From Eledone cirrhosa (Eukaryota): a stretch of DNA of 64,000 bases. Numbering within the stretch: the stretch's first letter is position 1; each line of letters begins with the position of its first letter. This document shows positions 44,654 through 59,619 of the stretch, in pieces. The position numbers were made by a program, and so were the translations under genes. A model generated the notes under the pieces. That model did not search any database and was not told where the DNA came from. It saw only the letters and a program-made list of their open reading frames with translations. The stretch lies in contig OZ024742.1 of assembly GCA_964016885.1 (NCBI GenBank), positions 134,726,001-134,790,000 on the forward strand, read 5' to 3'.

Positions 44654-46430
44654 CATTTTACTAGCTTCAAGAACGCGTCTACACGACGTGAGAAAGAATC
44701 CCAAAAGGCGGAGGGGGAGATAGTCACGCGATATAACGGTCGAGAAACAGAGCGGTTGGGTGTGGATGCATTCATGTATATGTGTGTGTCCGCATGTATC
44801 TGTGTGTTTCTAGATATATTGTTAATAACTCCCTCTGGTCGAGTAATCTTTGAAGTGTGGTGACTGCTGGAAAGCTGCCATTACTCATACTTCTCGCCTC
44901 CTTCACCACCTCTTCTACGGCTTCGATATAAATACCCCCTCCGCCTCCGTGGTATTTTCTTCGGGGTTATAAGAGGCTTAGCTCTGTTTCTCGACCGTTA
45001 TATCGCGTGACTATCTCCCCCTCCGCCTTTTGATATTCTTTCTCACGTCGTGTAGACGCGTTCTTGAAGCTAGTAAAATGAGGTACCCTCTTGATAAGTC
45101 GGCAGACCTCGCAAAGACTCTATATCTTTATGATGTATTGTTTTTGTTTATGCCACGAAACTACGTAGTCGAGGAATCTTGGAGCAGTTTAGGTATGATA
45201 CATTTTATTACTAATTATATCTAAATGTTTCTTCTCTCTTCATAATGTATCTTTAACTCTGATACTGGTTCAGTCTAATTCAACCGGATTGGTCTGTCCC
45301 AGTCATTCATTGAGCAACATCGGTGAGGTTGGCACCATTAACTCATGGTTGGGTGTGGATACATTCATGTATATGTGTGTGTCCGCATGTATCTGTGTGT
45401 TTCTAAATATATTGTTAATAACTCCCTCTGGTCGAGTAATCTTTGAAGTGTGGTGACTGTTGGAAAGCTGCCATTACTCATACTTCTCGCCTCCTTCACC
45501 ATCTCTTCTACGGCTTCAATATAAATACACCCTCCGCCTCCGTGGTATTTTCTTCGGGGTTATAAGAGGCTTAGCTCTGTTTCTCGACCGTTATATCGCG
45601 TGACTATCTCCCCCTCCGCCTTTTGGGATTCTTTCTCACGTCGTGTAGACGCGTTCTTGAAGCTAGTAAATTGAGGTACCCTCTTGATAAGTCGGCAGAC
45701 CTCGCAAAGACTCTATATCTTTATGATGTATTGTTTTTGTTTATGCCACGAAGCTACGTAGTCGAGGAATCTTGGAGCAGTTTAGGTATGATACATTTTA
45801 TTACTAATTATATCTAAATGTTTCTTCTCTCTTCATAATGTATCTTTAACTCTGATACTGGTTCAGTCTAATTCAACCGGATTGGTCTGTCCCAGTCATT
45901 CATTGAGCAACATCGGTGAGGTTGGCACCATTAACTCACGGTTGGGTGTGGATGCATTCATGTATATGTGTGTGTCCGCATGTATCTGTGTGTTTCTAAA
46001 TATATTGTTAATAACTCCCTCTGGTCGAGTTATCTTTGAAGTGTGGTGACTGCTGGAAAGCTGCCATTACTCATACTTCTCGCATCCTTCACCACCTCTT
46101 CTACGGCTTCGATATAATTACCCCCTCCGCCTCCGTGATATTTTCATAGGGGTTATAAGAGGCTTAGCTCTGTTTCTCGACCATTATATCGCGTGACTAT
46201 CTCCCCCTCCGCCTTTTGGGATTCTTTCTCACGTCGTGTAGACGCGTTCTTGAAGCTAGTAAAATGAGGTACCCTCTTGATAAGTCGGCAGACCTCGCAA
46301 AGACTCTATATCTTTATGATGTATTGTTTTTGTTTATGCCACGAAACTACGTAGTCGAGGAATCTTGGAGCAGTTTAGGTATGATACATTTTATTACTAA
46401 TTATATCTAAATGTTTCTTCTCTCTTCATA

Positions 46431-46436
<6 letters not shown>
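44654..46436 (+). mobile_element. 593-bp tandem array (2.8 units) with 100-bp 5' inversion; retrozyme-like
   Basis: Units start at 44754, 45347 and 45940. 44654-44753 is the inverse of 44981-45080. (TA)n at the 3' end and about 130 bp upstream. Confidence 0.9.
45081..45179 (+). ncRNA. Type I hammerhead with U3-A8 core (copies 45674-45772, 46267-46365)
   Basis: AGGT-ac-CCTC, TTGATAA (45091-45097), GTcGGCA..46 nt..TGCCAC, GAAA (45157-45160), CTACGTAG, TC, GAGG-a-ATCT. Confidence 0.78.
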
Positions 46437-46480
<44 letters not shown>

Positions 46481-46490
46481 ATATATGTGT

Positions 46491-46593
<103 letters not shown>

Positions 46594-46734
46594 GAGTTTA
46601 TGTTGGTTGTATACCAACACCTCAGTATGCAGGCTGGAGCACTCGACGAAGTGCGCAGGTTGGTTTGGTTACTCCGGAGTAGTGTAAATCAAGTTAAATA
46701 AAAGTCAAATGATTAAAATTTAGCTTCGTTTATT

Positions 46735-46789
46735 ACTGCTATATATATTTCAGTGACAGCCATCTTTGGCTGTGACCTCTTCAGGCAGT
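46735..46789 (-). ncRNA. Type I hammerhead in pLTR
   Basis: Mirror of 49293-49347. Confidence 0.9.
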
Positions 46790-47984
46790 TTGAATTAGTA
46801 TGGTATAGACAAGTACATATGTTGTTAGGGTGTATGATATTGTCAATACTCTGATATGCCCAGTTCCTTGTTGGGTTGTTAATTCACTGGGGAACTGGAG
46901 TCATATGAATTCAAACAAACGAATTTTAGTGTCACAGGTCCCCTTCTCCTCTCATTGGTCAGTTATTAGTGTTGTCATTGTTGGAGTTAGCTTAAAAATT
47001 GATAAAATGGTAGAAGGGACAAGGTGTTGAAGGAACAAAATATCAAAAAATGTGTCAAACTTCCCATTGTTCAGTTCTGAGAGCATTCCTCAGTCAGAAG
47101 TCTATAGAATTCTTTCTGGGTTGAGGCTCCCTGTAGTGTTTATGCCTGCTATTGTTCAGTACATTTGACCTCCACCATTATTTTGGTACTGTTGTTGTTG
47201 TAGTGGTCAGCTTATATCTTGCTGCTGCTAACAATTTAGAAGTATTCAGTTTGTGTTTTCTCTTCATCCCACCCGCCACCATCGTAGTGGTGGTGGCGGG
47301 GGGTGGGTGGGGTTATTTCATGTATATGAAGAAATATAAGGCAATAAATGAAGAAAACAGAAGATAAATAAATAATATAATAAAATAAAATAATTAATAT
47401 AATTTGTGTAATTTGAAAATAAATAAATAAATAGAGAATAAAGAATAAAGAGTAAATGAGAGATTGGTGAAAAAGTAATGATAATGTATATGGAGAAGTG
47501 AGAAATAATGTAGGATAAAGTGTGTGTGTGTGTGTGCTATAACCAATCTCAAGGTCAGAATATGTTGGATAGATTGGTATGATACAAGATGTTAAGATGA
47601 GATATTCAATGTGTTTGTGTTATAATCTATCTCAACTTAAAATAAATATAAATATAAGGTTATACAGTGAAGAGGGCAGAAAACAAATAACAAATTAATA
47701 TAGAGAAATCAAGATTTAAGATTGGAACTTTAAAGTCAGAAATCTGGTAAATTAAAAGTGTTTGTGTTATAGATGTTGGCCAGATTATTATGGCTGTGTC
47801 CGATTCTGTCTCTAGGCTATCATGGTGTCTGCTCCGCCTGGGTTGTTCCCTATGGCTTGAGGGGAGTTCACAACCTAGGGTGTTGTAATTGCCCATATAG
47901 CTTGAGGGAGGTCTGGCCGAGAGGTGTTTTCATGTTCTGTAGAAGTCCCTATAGCTTGAGGGGAGTTCACATCTTCTTGTGTTG

Positions 47985-48520
47985 CTACTGTCCATATATT
48001 TTGAGAAAGGTCCCGGCTCTAAGGTGTCTGCATGTCCCGAAGAAGTCGGTTCTGAGGTTTATCAGGCCGCTTCCTCCTCTTAGTATCTCGAGGGTCTCGT
48101 TCAGGCATAGTTTGCATATGCAAGATCCCCCTTTATCGGGTGGTACTTTCCTGATTATGTACCAGGCCAGAGAGTATGGGGTCCTGTCCAGCTTAAGCTT
48201 CCAGATCAGGTCGGAGAGAGCTGTGCTTTTCCTTTTGGCCTCCTTCTTGAATGAATGGCGATGGTTGTACCAGCGGTCCTTAAAGCTCGTTGATGTGGCT
48301 CCTATGTAGAGGTGTTCGGAGTTGGGGGTTTTAACCCTACAACCGTACACTATGTTCTTCTTGAGACATTCATTACCAAGGGGGCATGATTCGGGGTTTC
48401 TACAGTTGCAGAGGGTGGGCGGCCTCTGCGTGCTTAGATTAGGGTTCTCATTATGTGTTACATGTTGGTCTTCCCCCATGCTCGGTGGGGGGTCCTTGGG
48501 TCTGTTTGTGTTTCTTGATC
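47985..48520 (-). CDS. PLE GIY-YIG endonuclease domain (uninterrupted fragment)
   Basis: CNC..CPLGNECL..IVY..YIGAT..FKDRWYNH..CKLCLNE..LIN..CRH. Confidence 0.85.
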
Positions 48521-49292
48521 CATAACCAAGGCAGTGGTGAAGAGTGTCTCGGACAGGATCTCCAGCCTGTCCGCAAGTAAGGAAATATTCAACAACCACG
48601 CGGAATATTACAACGCAGCTCTAAAGACCCAAGGACCCCCCACCGAGCATGGGGGAAGACCATTTTCAAATTACACAAATTATATTAATTATTTTATTTT
48701 ATTATATTATTTATTTATCTTCTGTTTTCTTCATTTATTGCCTTATATTTCTTCATATACATGAAATAACCCCACCCACCCCCCGCCACCACCACTACGA
48801 TGGTGGCGGGTGGGATGAAGAGAAAACACAAACTGAATACTTCTAAATTGTTAGCAGCAGCAAGATATAAGCTGACCACTACAACAACAACAGTACCAAA
48901 ATAATGGTGGAGGTCAAATGTACTGAACAATAGCAGGCATAAACACTACAGGGAGCCTCACCCCAGAAAGAATTCTATAGACTTCTGACTGAGGAATGCT
49001 CTCAGAACTGAACAATGGGAAGTTTGACACATTTTTTGATATTTTGTTCCTTCAACACCTTGTCCCTTCTACCATTTTATCAATTTTTAAGCTAACTCCA
49101 ACAATGACAACACTAATAACTGACCAATGAGAGGAGAAGGGGACCTGTGACACTAAAATTCGTTTGTTTGAATTCATATGACTCCAGTTCCCCAGTGAAT
49201 TAACAACCCAACAAGGAACTGGGCATATCAGAGTATTGACAATATCATACACCTAAACAACATATGTACTTGTCTATACCATACTAATTCAA

Positions 49293-49347
49293 ACTGCCTG
49301 AAGAGGTCACAGCCAAAGATGGCTGTCACTGAAATATATATAGCAGT
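49293..49347 (+). ncRNA. Type I hammerhead in inverted pLTR
   Basis: ACTGC-CTGAAGA-GGTcACAGCCA aaga TGGCTGTcACT-GAAA-TATATA-TA-GCAGT. Confidence 0.9.
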
Positions 49348-49391
49348 AATAAACGAAGCTAAATTTTAATCATTTGACTTTTATTTAACTT

Positions 49392-50860
<1,469 letters not shown>

Positions 50861-50925
50861 TGATATATATATAGAATATATATATATGTTTATTTGGTTC
50901 CTTTCCCGGTTTACGGTCCCTCCCA

Positions 50926-51012
<87 letters not shown>

Positions 51013-51020
51013 ATATATAT

Positions 51021-51073
<53 letters not shown>

Positions 51074-51159
51074 ATATATTATATAAATATATATATATTA
51101 TATATATATATATTATATATATATATATATATTATATATATATATATATATTATATATA

Positions 51160-51198
<39 letters not shown>

Positions 51199-51242
51199 CG
51201 GTGGGAGGGACCGTAAACCACAGACCCTCCATCTCAACACTA

Positions 51243-51278
51243 CTTTTGAAAAACAGAAGAACTGCGAAACCGGTAAAG
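51243..51278 (+). ncRNA. Minimal hammerhead candidate, U3-A8 core
   Basis: CTT-TTGAAAA-aCAG aagaa CTGc-GAAA-CCGG-TA-AAG, inside a foldback (50886-50930 vs 51197-51293). Confidence 0.55.
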
Positions 51279-51288
51279 GAACCAAATA

Positions 51289-51343
<55 letters not shown>

Positions 51344-51637
51344 ATTATATATATATATGTATTATATATTATATATATAAATGGTGAAAGCAGCGATTCT
51401 TCGCTTAAACTTTAATCTTTCATTTTAATAAATATTTGCTCTAAGGTTCGTAAGTATATGATATATATTTATACTTATCGAGCCCCCTTTGGATTTTAGC
51501 CTTCACTTTTATTATTATTTCTATATATATATAGTAATAATAATAACGATGGTTGCCGAACACTGTATGGCTTAATTCGGGCTGTTTGTTTACAAACAAA
51601 CCGAACATTATAATAAATATTCGGTAAAACCCATAGT

Positions 51638-51683
<46 letters not shown>

Positions 51684-51803
51684 CATGTATGTATATATAC
51701 ATACTACTGTACGTCTGTATACATATATGGATGTATGTATACATACTTATATTTAAGTATTAGCCGTACTAAGAGTGAGAAATGAAATTTTCGTTTCATT
51801 CTT

Positions 51804-51844
<41 letters not shown>

Positions 51845-52074
51845 TTAATATATATGTATATATATGTATATATATACATATATATATATATATTTAGTTC
51901 ACCTGTCTCCCCCCACCCACCCACCACAATTCTTTTTATCCCAATAATTTTATTTGGTTATTGTTCGCGCTGGCCGGAGGTATCTGGTATTTAATGCGAA
52001 GAAATACCTATGAGCACTAATGATGGAGAGTCCTATTTCTAATTCTTTAATTTATATATATATATACATATATA

Positions 52075-52154
<80 letters not shown>

Positions 52155-52183
52155 GTTATGCAATAAACAATATAAGGCAATTA

Positions 52184-52243
52184 TTCCATTTACCAGTGGT
52201 TTCTTAAAAGCAAAAGATTTTGCTTTCAATCCTCAGAATGAAA
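52184..52243 (-). ncRNA. Type I hammerhead
   Basis: UUUCAUU-CUGAGGA-UUGAAAGCAAAA uc UUUUGCUUUUAA-GAAA-CCACUGG-UA-AAUGGAA. Confidence 0.88.
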
Positions 52244-52402
52244 AAATCCTGGTCTGTTTATTGAATTTGGATTTTAAAAACAAAAATGCAATCAAAAATG
52301 AAAGTGAGGCTGGAGAAGGAAGAAGGAAAGGAAAAATAAAATAAAACTATACATGCAAACACACACACAAAAACACGCACACACACACACAAAAGCACTC
52401 AT

Positions 52403-52492
<90 letters not shown>

Positions 52493-52494
<2 letters not shown>

Positions 52495-52900
52495 GGTGGC
52501 TGCCAACTCGTTTTCGAGTACGGCCACTACTTTATATCCATGTAGGAGAACCCCCACCGATGCGCTGAACGAGTGTGACTTTTTAGTCCAGCCAGCGACT
52601 TGAAAACTCTGGTACAAACACTAGACTTGTGACAATTATTGACACTTAGTGCTGGGCCCATGGTATCATGTGACGACAAGTGCAGGGAGATCTCCAGATA
52701 TAAAGCAATGCCTGTGCCGTAAAGCTTTTATAGTGAGCAAAGGCACTGCACAAAGCCAGTCCCACTCTCTTAACCAAGATGATATTTACCAAAAAGAAAA
52801 ACAAGTCAACATCATTGGATACCATCAGAGTTGCAGGTGTTATATCAGAGTTTTCCTTCTCCTAGAATTCTGCCTTGACAAAGGCTAAGGGGTCATCTCT
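52493..52900. mobile_element. Rearranged second copy of the 19690 element
   Basis: 52493-52688 matches 19690-19877. 52845-52900 is the reverse complement of 20068-20124. Confidence 0.75.
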
Positions 52901-53163
52901 ATATACATACACTCATACATACACACACACATATACACACTTATATGTGTATATAAATACACACATACACATACATATACACATATATACATACGCACAT
53001 AAATATCAACACATCCATATATACCCACCCATACATATACATACACCTCCCCTTATATTTCACCTTTTCCTATGTCCCCCCCCCCATGTATTCTTTTTGC
53101 CTTGGCCTTCACATACCTATGTGTATGTGTATGTTTATTTATGTGTATATATATATATATATA

Positions 53164-53248
<85 letters not shown>

Positions 53249-53608
53249 TTTTAATTACCCTTTCTGACTTACTTTCATTCTTATCCTTGTCGATAATTTC
53301 ATTTATTTTTACTTCACCCCCCCCCCCCCCTTTATTCTCCGATCCACTTCCTATTTCCTATTTTTTACTTCCCCTTCTTTTATTTCCTTTTTTCCTCTAC
53401 TAACTGATTATACTTGTCTTTTGTGTTTTTCCATCCAGATATATTTTTCATTTTATTTTTATTTTATTTTTGCGCAGCCTATCTTACAATTTTATATTTG
53501 TATTTATTTATCCACATTTCAATATGGCTGAACGCCTTAATGTGTGTATACTTTTTTTTTTATATATGTACATGAGTGACTACGTATGTGCGCGCGCGTG
53601 CGTGCATG

Positions 53609-53657
<49 letters not shown>

Positions 53658-54444
53658 GTGTATATATGCGTGTGTGTACTGGTGTTTGTGTGTGTGCGTG
53701 TGTGTATATTATGCGTATGTGTAAGTGTCTTTATATCCGTGTTTTTGACATTTCCGTTTTATATTTTTTGTTTCTTTTTCTTCTCCCCCCCCCCTTCCCT
53801 CTTTTGTTATTTACCCAGTTTCATACATGGGCATGCAAACAGGTTTATATGCGCGAGTATAAGTATGTGTGTGTGTCTGTATGTACGTATCGAACGTATG
53901 GAAGTGTAAGCGCGTGTGTGTATATAAGCATAATTATTTTTACATTTCTTTTGTGAGACACGCGTGTCTGTGTATGTATGTACCCCCGCTTTTTTTGTTT
54001 TCTTTATTTTTTCTTTCTATCTTGTCTTTCTAATTTATCGTTACTATATTTTTATAAATATATCGTAATAGATACTTTTCTTTTATTTATTATACTCTCT
54101 TCATCTCCTTACTTTCCGTATCTAAATGTACGAGTGTCCAGGTGTTTTTATGCGCGCGACTTTATTTTCTTATTTTTACGAAGTAACCATTTCCGTCTGC
54201 ATAATACAGACATATAGATACATTTGCCCTAAACTTTTATTTTTATAATTACGCACACTTTCTAACTATACATTTACACGTGCACATATACATATATGCA
54301 CATCTATGAGCGTATATACATACACATACACACACCTAACTATTTTTCTTGATAGATTTTTATATATTTCAATTTCTATTTCATTTATCTATATATTTTT
54401 TTGATTTTCTTGATGTGTTTTTCTAAGTATTTGCACATGTTTTA

Positions 54445-54524
54445 TATTGCCTCGTCTGACGAACGAATGAAGTCGTTTATTTCGTATTCGCCTCATTCGG
54501 GAAACCTCTGGTAATGAGGTAATA
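54445..54524 (+). ncRNA. Type I hammerhead with 11-bp stem I
   Basis: TATTGCCTCGT-CTGACGA-aCGAATGA..TCATTCGg-GAAA-CCTCTGG-TA-ATGAGGTAATA. Confidence 0.82.
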
Positions 54525-54625
54525 ATATTGTATTGATTTTATACATAAAATTTTGCTCTGATACTGACATAGAGCACTTTTCATTTCTATGACCTTTTCT
54601 GTTTCTAACTGAAATTTCAATACCT

Positions 54626-54769
<144 letters not shown>

Positions 54770-54807
54770 GTGTGTATATGTATGTATATGTAGATAGACC
54801 AGGTTTT

Positions 54808-54867
54808 TTTCATTCTGAAGATTGAAGGAAAAAGTTTTTGCTTTTAAGAAACCACTGGTGAATGGAA
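54808..54867 (+). ncRNA. Hammerhead, 52184 family, cleavage site mutated to GUG
   Basis: TTTCATT-CTGAAGA-stem II-GAAA-CCACTGG-TG-AATGGAA. Confidence 0.7.
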
Positions 54868-54986
54868 TAATTTGCCTTATGTTGCTTATTACTTTATTAC
54901 CTTACTACTATATATATGTATATGTAAGGTTCATATGAACTATCTAAGACTGAGTTTTACACACACACGCACATGTATATGTGTAT

Positions 54987-55044
<58 letters not shown>

Positions 55045-55769
55045 TTGTATTTGGTTGTGCGTGTTCATGATATGTACGTATTTGTGTGTGTGTATGTATA
55101 CATATATATGTGTGTGTGTATTTTTATAATTATGTATAGATATATATATGTATTTGTATATATATACATAAATGAAGTAATTCCATCGGAAAAGTCCAGG
55201 AAAAAAGAGTGCTCTATGTATGCAACAGAGCTTAATTATTATTATTATGTAATAAACATATGAGTGTGTATATGTGTGTGTATAATTGTATACGTGTGCG
55301 TGTTTGTACATGTATTTGTGTATGAATGTGTTTATGTATTTGTATATGTATATTTATGTGTGAGAGTGTGTGTATGTATTTACTATTTCGTACGTATGTA
55401 TACGTGCATTTGTGTGTATTACTTACCACGCGTGTCTGTCCAGCTACCCGCCGTTTGTATCGCTGTCAACATTTTTTATATATATATTTTTCTTATATTT
55501 ATGTTTCTATGTGTATGTATGTGTATGTGTGTATATATGTGTGTATGTATGAGTGTATATATATATATATATATATATGTTTGTGTGTGTGTGTGTGTGT
55601 GTGTGTTTGTGTATGTGTGTGTGTGTGTATGTATGCTTTTGTGTGTGTGTGTATTTGCATGTGTAGTTTTATTTTATTTTTCCTTTCCTTCTTCCTTCTC
55701 CAGCCTCACTTTCATATAGATTGCATTATTGTTTTTAAAATGCAAATTCAATAAACAGACCAGGATTTT

Positions 55770-55829
55770 TTTCATTCTGAGGATTAAAAGCAAAATCTTT
55801 TGCTTTTAAGAAACCACTGGTAAATGGAA
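55770..55829 (+). ncRNA. Type I hammerhead, 52184 family
   Basis: TTTCATT-CTGAGGA-TTAAAAGCAAAA tc TTTTGCTTTTAA-GAAA-CCACTGG-TA-AATGGAA. Confidence 0.88.
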
Positions 55830-55857
55830 TAATTGCCTGATGTTGTTTATTACATAA

Positions 55858-55936
55858 CTATTAAGCTCCGTTACCTACATAGAGCACTCTTTTTTCCTGG
55901 ACTTTTCCGACGGAATTACTTCATTCACACACACAC

Positions 55937-56003
<67 letters not shown>

Positions 56004-56071
56004 AATGAAGTAATTCCGTCGGAAAAGTCCTGGAAAAAAGAGTGCTCTATGTAGGTAACAGAGCTTAATAG
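55858..56071. repeat. About 68-bp inverted arms around a CA/TA/TG microsatellite (third copy about 55171-55236)
   Basis: AATGAAGTAATTCCGTCGGAAAAGTCC..CTCTATGTAGGTAAC and its reverse complement. Confidence 0.8.
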
Positions 56072-56186
56072 GTATTTTAACGATAGTTATAGCTCTGATA
56101 TATCCAAATTATTGAGCCCTCTGCCACACATGCCTGATATTATTTATCGTCATTTCATGGGCTGATATTCCGATTCTCGATTATTC

Positions 56187-56277
<91 letters not shown>

Positions 56278-56373
56278 TTAGTTAAGCAAAACAAGACCGC
56301 AAATTTCACAAGGAAGATATTATTAAAAGATTGTCAACATAGCTTTAGTTTATTGTAAGGAATGTAGATAATG

Positions 56374-56427
<54 letters not shown>

Positions 56428-56871
56428 TTAATAATAATAATGTCCGTTTAAATTGTTTCGCTACTCCATATAATTTTTCTGATTCTAATGATTATAGATC
56501 ATTATTGAGCTGGTTCAGTTGAAGATAATTAACTTAGGTACAATTAGAGCAGCTCATCGGAACTTCAAAATGAATATAAATTAAAATAAAGAAAGAATGT
56601 TACATGGTCTTGTTTTACTAAACTAATGAATATTTCCAGCTCTGTGCACCTAACCTCTGCATGAACCCAGCCACTTAGCTGCCTTCCACTACATATTGCT
56701 CATTGAGCACATATCTTTACGCTTTGACTTCTAACTAATTCACCAATCTCTCTTCTCCTCTCCCATATCCTCTCCTATCTCCATCTCTCTATTTAAGCCC
56801 TCTTTGGATTTTAGTCTTCAAATTTATTATTATTACTATATATATATAATATATATATATATATATGTATA

Positions 56872-56933
<62 letters not shown>

Positions 56934-56951
56934 ATACATATATGTATGTAC

Positions 56952-57059
<108 letters not shown>

Positions 57060-57189
57060 GAAATAGCAAGGAAAATATATTTAAGGGTCTGTTTTTCGCT
57101 TTTGATTTGTGACATGTGAACATTCTTGAACAAATTAAAGGGACAATTCATTTTTAAAAAAAAGTTGTATAAGGTATATAATGTATATG

Positions 57190-57240
57190 AAGAATTACCG
57201 GTTTCGATGTATTATTAAAATCCATCTCATCAAATGTTGA
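57190..57240 (-). ncRNA. Degenerate hammerhead in pLTR (partner 63195-63245, +)
   Basis: UUGAUGA-GAUG..CAUC-GAAA-CCGG-UA. The partner has TTGATAA but TAAG in place of GAAA. Stem I is weak in both. Confidence 0.55.
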
Positions 57241-57793
57241 GTGTTGAAATAAAAATTAAAAAGAATTAATAGGAGTTATAAACTAAGGTTTTAAAATTAA
57301 AATCAAATGTTTGGAGTAAATTTTCTTCCATCCTTCTTGCTCAAAATGTGGTGGTAAGAGAAGATAGCACTAGTTGTGTTTCTTCACAGCCTGTGAGGGT
57401 GTATATATATAGATATAACAATACACACGTGTGGGGGTGTGGGGTTTTTTTTACTCTGTCTGTCACAGTCCATTTAGCAATGTCTGTTTTTGTGGTGTTT
57501 GTATGTGTGTTTTTTTTTTCAGCCGGTCTGTTACAGATCCCTAGGTGGTGGGAAATAAGAAATTTTTTCTTAAAAATTCAGAAAATTGTCAAAAATAAAA
57601 ACTAAAATCCAAAGGATTCTCAGAATCCAAAGAAATTTTAAATTTAGAAAATATTCTCTAAGAAAACACCGGAGTATAAGTATTATGGGCAGTAACTTCT
57701 GCAATGAGTAATCGCTCTTATTTTGTGGTTTGTGTGAGTGTATATATATATAAATATAATATAAAATCAAAAGCTGGTTAAAAGAGTTCCATG

Positions 57794-57864
57794 TATTTTA
57801 TTGTGCGCATTTCAAAAACAAATATCATCATGGGATGATATTTGCGTTCTCATCAGATAAAATA
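57794..57864 (-). ncRNA. Hammerhead, 29196 family, U16.1->C
   Basis: Within a roughly 130-bp foreign insert (about 57775-57903) homologous to about 29295-29423. Confidence 0.7.
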
Positions 57865-58703
57865 GGGAGACATGATATGAAGCTTAAAAAACACTTGCGA
57901 GCTGTGAAGTGTTAAATCAATATATAAATATTGTTATATATAAATATATATGTATATATATATATACATCCCTTTGTGGTGGGAAATTAAAATTATTTTT
58001 CAAAAAATGTAGAACATTGTCAAGAACTAAAGATTATTCTGTGGCGTCTGTCGGGGATGTAATGGGGTGATTACATATTTAGTATTGGTTGAAATTTGTT
58101 AATAAATAGTTTTTCCTTATTTATTATTTGTTGTTGAGTGAAAGAATCGTCGCACTTGTAAAGGGGGATGATTTTAATGTTGGGTAGAATCATTTCTGCA
58201 CAATCTGCAATGTGGCTACTTAAGGGGATTTTCCTTGTGTTTGCGTTTGTGTTGGCAATCGATGGTCATTCCTTTGAGTAATGACAACCCCGTCTGTCCT
58301 ATATAGTTATATCGACTACCAACGCATGCATGTGATTACATAGATCAGGTCCTCCGAGTTGCAAGTGATAGTTGTTTTTTTTCCGGTGAAAGTTTGGCCA
58401 TCTTTAAACGTGAATTTATTTCCTTCAGTTATGTATAGGCATGTTCCACAGTTTGTTCTCGCGCATTTTGTTACCGTAAGGTTGGAGATAGGTTTGTGTG
58501 TCTTTGTTCCAGTGAGAATGTGTTTTAGTGATTTGGTTGCCTTTTGCTTTTGATGATCTTATGTGTTTCTAGAATTTTTTCAATTTGTTCATCTTTAAAT
58601 AGGTACTGTTTAGAGTCTGTGGGTTTATAAAATATGTCTGTTTCTATTTCCCCATCTGTAGGGTAATTCCTTGGAGTTAGATTCCATTGTGAATTGTATA
58701 TTA

Positions 58704-59619
58704 TCTATATATATAAAACTGAGGATGTCTGTGTTTGTATGAGTTCGAATCCCTAAAACTTGAGAACCACCAAACTGACTGTTTTCAAACTTTACACATC
58801 TAATATTTAAGTTTCAGGGAGTGTTCTGAGCCAATCTTCAATGCCCTAGGGACCGCATTAGGCGATTGAGCGATCCCGCTCTATAATTCTTAGTCTTTCT
58901 CTTTTTAGATAGATACATAGATATAGCGTCGCGCACTTATAATATCTGTCTGTATGTCTGAATGTCTGCAATACGTCACTTTCCTGAGGATGTATGTCTG
59001 TGTGTGTGTGTGTGTGTATGTGTGTGTGTGTGTGTGTTTGAATCTCTAAAACCCGAGAAATACCCAACGGATTTTTTTCAGACTTTACATGTGTGTTACT
59101 TATGTTTCAGGGATTTTTATGCACATAAACAAATTCAACTTTGTTATCTCCTAGGGCCCGCATTAGGTGAAAAACTGCGTTTTTTTCAGGTTTCTAGGGG
59201 TTTTTTGAGGCGTTACGTCAGACTGATTTCCTTGAAATTGTAACTATGTATTAGTCAGTCTCTTCTTCATACCGTAAGCAAAGAAAATTTCTTATTGCAT
59301 TAAGTGAAAAACTTCATTTTTTCAGCTGCTTAGGGCTTTTCTGAGGCGTTACGTCTAGCCGATTTTCCCGAAATGTCAAGGCATATTATGCACAAAAAAA
59401 AAATCCATTTTCTTGATCCCCCAGGGCCCGCATTAGGTGAAAACCTGCATTTTTCCTGCCTCATCGAGGAAAATCTTAAATATTATCCAGCCATGAGAGT
59501 ATTCGTTTTATTTTCTTTACATATTGTCCAGGCTTAGGTCTGTTTTTCCACGATTAGGTCTGTTGGCGGCCCGCGTTCTAAAATTACATATTCCGTGCAA
59601 CTCCGGGTCCCACTACTAG
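58704..59619 (+). mobile_element. Non-autonomous Helitron
   Basis: 5' TC, 3' CTAG, subterminal CCGTGCAACTCCGGG hairpin remnant, inserted between A and T without TSD, internal subrepeats. Confidence 0.88.

Noticed and set aside
45030-46410. Repeated 64-aa ORF in the 593-bp unit
   Set aside because: Starts at TTG, overlaps the ribozyme and has no recognisable domain.
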